Part shown: positions 55,663-64,000 of the stretch, piece after piece
Layout: each line of letters opens with the position of its first letter
Numbering within the stretch: the stretch's first letter is position 1
NCBI RefSeq assembly: GCF_009914755.1
Contig: NC_060934.1
From: the human T2T-CHM13v2.0 reference genome, Homo sapiens
Length of the DNA stretch: 64,000 bases
Strand: one strand, 5' to 3'
The notes under the pieces: model-generated
The model's database searches: none
Told to the model about the DNA's origin: nothing
What the model saw: the letters and a program-made list of their open reading frames with translations, nothing else
Position numbers and translations under genes: made by a program

Positions 55663-57320
55663 CTAGGAGGGAAAGAACACAAGGCTATTTAGAAATGATT
55701 TGTCAGAAGCTCTGAAGAGCCCAGGCCAGGCAGTTGCCATCTTTAAGCCCTGTGCTCTCCTCTCCTACAAAGGAGGCCACGTAGGTGAGTGGCAGGAAGG
55801 CAGCAAGGACAAGGATTTCTGGTGGCTGCAAGGTCAGCTGTCAGGGCACTACCAGGAAGGGAGACGGTGCCACCGACAGCACCCATGCCACCTGCTGGGG
55901 TTCTGTGATCCCAGCCAACTGTGGAAACTGTTCCTAGTGGTGACTGAAGATGTATTTCACTAACCCGTGGCTCATAAAGGCCAGAGAGGATTTTGTAAGA
56001 TCTATGTTGTGTCTCTATGCATACAGCATGTATGTATGTGGTCCCATTTAATCAAACTAGGCAGGAAAAAGCCCACAGTATAAATTCCTCTGATCTATGA
56101 AAATATCTCATATTTTATTTAATGATAAGAACAGGATTACTACCAGGTTGATTTGGGAATTAATTATGTTATAGTTAAGCTCATCTATCTACCCTAGCTG
56201 TAACTTTTATCTTAAAATTCAGGCATGTGGGTGAGTTTGAAGTTAGTCTTTCTGGCCACCTGTAATTACTTAAGATGGACCTGGGAATGTACATGGCCAT
56301 GGCACCATGGACAGAAGACCCTCATTTACCCTGTCCTGTCCACTCATGCTGCTCGGAGCAACCACAGCATGTACTTAGTGTCACCCATTCAGCATGCCCT
56401 CAAAAGGTGCCACCAGATTCCTGTGTACCTGCTGGCTCCACTGACAACTTTTTCTTCTCAGCTTTGAAACACTAACTCCCTGTTCTTTATACAATTCTGT
56501 CTTTCAAATTGCTGTCATATTTTTCACACTACTTCACATATTTTCACACCATCTTTCAGAACAAAGGAGGTAAAAGATGCTTCATGGAAAATGTCAGGGA
56601 GGGACCTTACTGGCTGCCCTTTATGGGTGGCTCTAGCCTCTGCTATGCTGCTTTGCCCTGTTTGCCCCCTCCTCTTGTTTCTGTCTGCATAGCAGCTTCC
56701 AGTTGACTTCTGAGTACCTTCCTGTGACAGGTAAGCTACCCACTGCCCTTCAGGCATACAAAGGACTTTGTGGCTTTGCTTTGACATGCGCCATTCTCTT
56801 CTCTGGACACCCTCTGCTCTCCTCTATCAAGCTCCGTCAGCAACTCTGCAGCCTCCCCTCAGCACCCCAGCCTACCTATTCTGCACTAGTATCTGGAGCT
56901 CTGCAGCCTCTCTGCATGCACGTGGTGAATGTGCCAGGATACGGAAGGTGCACAGCACAACTCTGACAGTGGGCACGTAGAGGTGGCTGTTCTTGTCTTC
57001 CTCCAAAGACCCATGTACGAGTCTGTGTCCCCCGTCACCGTGCCCCAAGCAAGCTTGCTCTGAAGGCTGGCTGAGTGGAGTCCTGGAGCTCTGGAAGTAC
57101 AGGCCCGCCATGGTGGCACACCAGAGCTCCGTGGGAGCAGGGGGACTGAGCATCTCCCACTCTGCAGATGCCTGTGGGTGCGTTTAGGGCCTCAAGTGCC
57201 ATTGCATTCAAGTGGCCAGTAGGGCTGGCGAAGAATGTTTGATGAATAACTAATAAGGACTCAGACTTATCTAGGGAAAGGAAGGTGGAATTAATAGGTA
57301 GTTTCTGAGCATTCACTTAC

Positions 57321-57470
57321 ACTCACTGCTAGAATTCAGAGTTGTGTCTTGGTAAGCCTTGTAAATGCTGATGAGGGTAAAGTGATCTCCTTCGGGATGT
57401 AAAAATGTCTTCCAACAAGTCAAGGCAGCCTCTTCAGCTCCATGTGGCACATGTGAAAAGCAATTTGGAG
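57321..57470 (-). CDS. DHX32: DHX32 exon
   Basis: (A)PNCFSHVPHGAEEAALTCWKTFLHPEGDHFTLISIYKAYQDTTLNSSSE; GDH motif of DEAH helicases; 150 nt. Confidence 0.96.
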
Positions 57471-57661
57471 CTTCAAAATGAAAAAGGTCACATGGTTAGC
57501 AATAATGAAGACATTTTATCTTAGCCTAACATGCAGAGGGGAGGGGTCACGACTGTTAGTGGCATGGCTCCTGTCTTGGTACTCTGAATAAATATGTTAT
57601 TCTTGTTTACTTAGAAATCCCAGAAATTTAGAGTGAGTCATCCTAATTCTCCCTCTCCTTT

Positions 57662-57676
57662 TGTGTGTGTGTGTGT
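57662..57676. repeat. Short (TG)n microsatellite
   Basis: tgtgtgtgtgtgtgt. Confidence 0.8.
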
Positions 57677-57730
57677 TTGCTTTTCTAAGGTCAACTGAAT
57701 ATGGTTAATATCCTGCTTCTATTCCGGCAG

Positions 57731-57806
57731 GAGCAGGGAAAACCTGAGGTGCTTGGAGGTCCAGACACAAGAAGAGGATTGGAACCAGTTCCGATACAGC
57801 ACAATG
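57731..57806 (+). CDS. BCCIP: BCCIP alpha-specific exon (read-through to TAA at 57835 gives a 292-aa form)
   Basis: cag|GAGCAGGGA...; EQGKPEVLGGPDTRRGLEPVPIQHN(G), in frame with exon 6; GT donor at 57807; recalled as the start of the BCCIP-alpha C-terminus, whose last exon lies beyond the window. Confidence 0.88.
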
Positions 57807-58174
57807 GTTGGTCTGTTCCCCCAGTATTAGAATAAATTAAAACATACAAGCCAGGATGAATGAAGCCAATAGGAAATAAAAAACAGGCACACAACATTAT
57901 TTGGGGAAAAACACCTCTAGTGACACATTTTCTTCATCTGCACTGATTATTTCAGCAAAAGAAATCTAGTATGTTTTCATACATCTGATGTATAAATTTG
58001 CTGAACTTTGAGTTAGTTTTCTTAAGATAATTTTTCATATTAAGAAAATTTTCCTTTTCTAACCTATTAAAATACCTCACTATCATTTCAAAAGGTTAAA
58101 TGAGTTGATCACTATCTCTGCTCTGTGCTCCTCAAAATATAATTTCAAATGGATCCGATCTAAATCTATACCTA

Positions 58175-59240
<1,066 letters not shown>

Positions 59241-59422
59241 GTTATTTCCCAGTGCAAATAAAGAAATAAAGATAGCAAGCTGATTCTCTCCATCTCTTTA
59301 TTTCTTTTAAGTTTATGTAACATCGATAATGATGTGGTATTATATATGCTCAGTCTTTACCAAAGTTTTTAAAAATCCATTTATTTAAAGAAATATATTC
59401 TCTTTGTGGAATAAGGCTATAT

Positions 59423-59502
59423 ATAGATTGGTGCAAAAGTAATTGCGGTTTTTGCCATTACTTTCAATGGCAAAAACCACAATTATTTTTGCACCAACCT
59501 AA
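59423..59502. mobile_element. MADE1 (Hsmar1-derived 80-bp MITE)
   Basis: Near-palindrome ttggtgcaaaagtaattgcggtttttgccatt-actttc-aatggcaaaaaccacaattatttttgcaccaa in a TA-rich site. Confidence 0.93.
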
Positions 59503-59837
59503 TATTTATTAAATAAATACATGTGTTTTGTCCACCCTTCTGGTTCCTGGTATAGCAATACAGGTCACACAATGAAGCAAATCCCATAATAGAAAGCTGC
59601 TGTATTGTTATACCCCAAAACTGCAGGATTTATGAGCCACTAGGTTGGTTTTGTTTTAGTTCCAGTAAGTGCAAGGTGGGCAGGGGCTGAAGACTCTGGG
59701 GCCCTAAGAAGCGCTTGAACCTGTCTGCTCCTGGGAGTTCAAAGTAACATATGGTAAAAATTTTCTTATGTGCTGTCTAAACTTTGATCATTAAGCTCTA
59801 TGTCTAAATTTCAGGCAAACTGAGTAGCTCAAAAACC

Positions 59838-60101
<264 letters not shown>

Positions 60102-62784
60102 CTACTCACAAACTTCGATTTGATAAAATTCCTCCATTCCTGTCAGGACAACTGGAAGGCATTAGAAGCCACTACTGTAGGCTGGGAAATGACTCAGGGA
60201 AGCTGCGATGCAGCCTACCACACCTCCAGTCCTGCTGGAGGACAGCGGAGCCAGCACCAGATATAACTTCAGCCTGACGCGCCCACCACAGGCAAAAGAT
60301 CTGCTACTAGGAGTGAGGGGGCAGTGCCAAACCACCCAAGGGAAATCTGCAGGGAACCCAGACATCCGCTGGAGTACTGAAGCAAGGCTTTCATCCTTAC
60401 CTTGGGGCAAATATGTTGAATTTCCCTATTCTGAATGTTTTCCCATCAAGATTTAAAACTGAGCAGAAGCTTATGGCTTCTCAGAGATATTCCTGTCCTG
60501 CCTGGGTCCTGACATACAGCATTACCGTCTTACTTGTTCATTCTTGGGGACCTTTGGACTAACCATGACCTTGAGAAATCACAATCATGGGAAATAAACA
60601 GATGGGCTATTCAGAAAAAAAGTTCAAGAGTTCTATCAGTGAGGCATGACATGAAAAGTAACAGCCGATCTGCTGGAGAAGGTACAAGAAGCAGCATCAG
60701 AAATAAGCATCTTAAACAGAGCAGGAAGGGGCTGGAGTACAAACTTAACTACTGAAAGCTTTTCAGAAACCAGTTTCTATAAATCAGCAAAGCTGCTGCA
60801 TTATAAGTTACAGGATCTTTGGCAATGGTCCCTTTAAGCATCTGGCTTGACAGCCAGGCTCTGTCCCCAAAGGGCACCTACTATTCATTTTTACACCCTG
60901 GAGTTGAGTTGGCCGCACACAGGGTTAGTAACATAAATGACTTCATGATTCTGCTCCTGGTCCTACAACAGAAAAGGAGAGGATGTTCTTGGGGTTTTAT
61001 TATATTAGAAAGAATGAGTTAATGAATGCAGATTACACAGGTGAAGAACATTAATAAATAACTAAATAGGATTTGCTAATATTATATTCTGCATTTTATC
61101 TCCCCAGTGTGGCCCATAAACTTGCTTAGCTAAAAAGCAGAAGAGTTTATATGGGGGTTCTTTAGGGCAGTGCTGCTTAAGTATAATCCATAGTAAGTAA
61201 CGCTAACAAATGGAATGGAAGTGTTTTAGTGTCAGGCCTCTTTGTTCTGGCAGTGCAAAATCAGACTGCTTTATTCTGAAGGCAATTTTGAGATGAACCA
61301 AACATCATCTTTATTAAGCTCGCTTGCCAGCGGCAGCTGTACTCCCTGTGGAATAGCTCACTGCAAGGTCACACTCCTCCTCCACTACCATCACTCAAAG
61401 TAATGTGAAGGGCTATCATTACAGTATTTCTTCACTGTTCTGTGTGCCTGTTTTCTGTGGAACCCCAAATGCCAAGCTCCAATATGTGCCTGCATTTTCC
61501 TTCCTTGGCATCAGTAGAAAACCTAGTTACAAAGAGGTCATTAAACTGCAACCAGCAGAGGAGGAGCCGATGCAGCGCTAACTCCAAGCTGAGCACAGGC
61601 CAAGTGGAGTCCAAGGCCACGGCAGTTCCAGAGCTGACAGCCCCACGCGGCATGTTTCCCATGTTCTTATAGTGTTCTTATAGATGTCAGATGGTAGGAA
61701 GCCTCGGTTGGCTCCCAAACCCTCACAGGAAGTCTGTCTACTCAGGTGCTCAGGAGGCTTCCTCCAGCCAGGTCTCTTTTGTTATAACAATCTTTGGCCT
61801 ACTTTCTGCCTAATCTGGCAAAAATGGCTCAGAAACACTGAATTTCCTCTCAAGGTAGCTGACATTATGCAAATGTATGCCAACATATTTATATGTACTT
61901 TCCTACAGGTAAAAGTTTTAGTCTGCAATTATTCCTGGGAATATGCATAGGAGAGAGAACATCATGCCTTCTCTTGTCTAAAGTGGACATGTATTTTCAC
62001 GAGGATAGGGCAGGGGGTCTCCTGGTAACCAGTCCCCAAAGCCAGGGCCATTCCCTCTCCTTCCACCACACTCCTTAACCCCCTTTCTTCCCAATAAGAG
62101 CAGAGAAGTAAGGCTGGATTTGAGTCATTAGAGTTGGAAAGGATGTTAGAGATAGAGTGGCCTCCATGGTAAACTGAAGAAAAGCATTTTCAACTCCCTG
62201 CCCACTGGCGGGAGCCAAGATCCTTCTGTCCAGCCTTGCCCTGGGCAGGGCTCTCGGGTAATGGCAGTATCCCCACTGCCCTCCCAGTGCCACCCGCACC
62301 GTGAGGCAGGCGGAGGCCAGCTCCTCCGAGCTTAGCTGTGCCTGAAGACCTCTCACACGCCAGCTCTGCTCCTGCCCGTGACATGGAAGGAAACACACGC
62401 AGACCTTTGACAGCCACAGGCACCTCCTGATCCTCTCGACTCTCCCTGCATGTCACATCACTCCCACCGCCCAGGCCTCAGAAAGGACTAAGTGGGGAAG
62501 GAAGCTGAATTTGTCTCCCACACGTGACTGCCTTTGCTCATGTTCTGGGGAAGACTATCGGCCTTCTAGAGGGCACCTGTCTAGTCAGTATTCCTCAAGC
62601 GTAAGGGCATTGGGAAAGTTCTGCCACTTCACAAATTACCAACGGTCTCCACTCCCAGTAACTGTTCTTACAGCCAGGAAGCTGGCCCCAGGTTTTTGTA
62701 GTGGTGACTAGCTGAAGACTCTCCCCACCCTCATACCATTATAGAGAACTATCTTTAAACAAGAGTTGGCACTGTAGTTAGATA

Positions 62785-62885
62785 GTATGGAACTGGCAGC
62801 CCCAGAACAACCTAGAAAAATCAGGAAAAAAAATGCATGGGTTTTAAAATGACCATACAGTGGGTGTTTTCTATATGAGTAGTTA
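62785..62885 (+). repeat. Left arm of 101-bp inverted repeat
   Basis: Reverse complement matches 63602-63702 at 98 of 101 positions. Confidence 0.97.
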
Positions 62886-63368
62886 AAGGACTTTATGTTT
62901 GGTGTTGGTTCATGATTTCCTCATAAGGGTGAGGCTCAAATTATTATTTGCTCTCAGTCTGTTTTGAGTATCTTGTGCTATTGGCACTGGCAAGGCTCTG
63001 GGGCAGGCACACATCTGGGACAGCCTCACTCTTGGCCCTTCTAGCATGGATGGTCTCATTTATATATGGAGATGCACACGTAAATCAAGAATCCTGCTCT
63101 ACTGGAAATGCACTTTTACCTCCAAATTGTCCCCTTTTATAGGAACTGTACCTTCACTTCCATACTTATAGGACAGGATTTTGTGCCACGTGACAACACC
63201 ACATTATCACTACTAACCCCAGTCACAGGGGACTGGTTCAGGGTGGGCAGCTTCTCAAATAGAATCAATGGCTCCCTTTCTTGGGCGTTTTCGACTTTAG
63301 ACCAAGGGAGTTTCCAGGAGCTGACATAGTAAATCATAAAGCTTAGGGCAGAGAGCAGCTAAGACTCT

Positions 63369-63429
63369 GCCCAGTTCCTAACGGGTCATTAACTAGTACC
63401 CATCGCGGCCTGGGGGTTGGAGACCCCTG
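63369..63429. mobile_element. MER1-type hAT terminal fragment
   Basis: ccagttcctaac...cgcggcctgggggttggagacccctg matches the recalled MER1 terminus. Confidence 0.65.
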
Positions 63430-63601
63430 CATTAATGTATATACACATTTATATCAATGGACAGAGAGAAATGCAGTTATCACTTAGGAGGGCTGAAGGA
63501 GCAAATGAAGTTTCTGTTTCTGATTTATTTTAGGGTTGGGACTTGGGCATTGTGTAAAAGAGTCCACAGGGGGAGACTCTACACATTTGCATAATGCCAG
63601 C

Positions 63602-63702
63602 TAACTACTCATATAGAAAACACCCATTGTATGGTCATTTTAAAACCCATGCATTTTTCTTCCTGATTTTTCTAGGTTGTTCTGGGACTGCCAGTTCCAT
63701 AC
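63602..63702 (-). repeat. Right arm of 101-bp inverted repeat
   Basis: Reverse complement of 62785-62885 with three substitutions. Confidence 0.97.
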
Positions 63703-64000
63703 CATGGAAGGGAGGGAGGGAGGGGAACCTAGAGATACAGGGATGAGAAACTAAAAAACTTGTTTTGGATTTCTTAAGATACCTCAGTTCCCTTATCATA
63801 ATTCACTTTTTCCTTATGCTAGTTTGAGCTGGATTACTAGTGCTTGCATTCAGAAGAATTTAATATATCCACTGCAACATAATGCATTCTATAACAGAGT
63901 GCATCCAGAGTGCCACTGGAACTTCCAAATGGTAGGGACGTAGCATAGGGAAGAACAAAAAGAGCTATACTCACATAGTACCTACTGTGTGCCAGGTACA

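Overview
Human genomic DNA. I recognise the locus as 10q26 from the encoded proteins; no search was run. It holds three genes. (1) The complete UROS gene (uroporphyrinogen III synthase) on the minus strand: non-coding exon 1 at ~39490-39730, nine coding exons from 32952 to 5321 (265 aa), and an erythroid GATA promoter in intron 1. (2) BCCIP on the plus strand, head-to-head with UROS across a CpG-island promoter: the complete 314-aa beta isoform (40019-52748) and the first alpha-specific exon (57731). (3) The last five coding exons of DHX32 on the minus strand (58410 to 53161), overlapping BCCIP tail-to-tail. All listed coding exon boundaries were checked by hand for splice dinucleotides and frame. 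The introns are rich in Alu, L1, L2, MIR, LTR and DNA-transposon remnants, and most ORFs in the supplied track are spurious. I see no evidence of a wholly new multi-gene system. The strongest leads are: a 101-bp, 97%-identical non-Alu inverted repeat (62785-63702) with an adjacent G4; an old mtDNA insertion (OL/tRNA-Cys/tRNA-Tyr/COX1 start) that forms half of the MIR4484 hairpin; a spliced UROS uORF ending in a TAATG stop-start overlap; back-to-back convergent poly(A) signals for BCCIP and DHX32; a CaaX box ending DHX32; and Val instead of the recalled Asp at UROS codon 113. Repeat subfamily names come from memory of consensus sequences, and repeat ends are approximate unless a TSD is cited.
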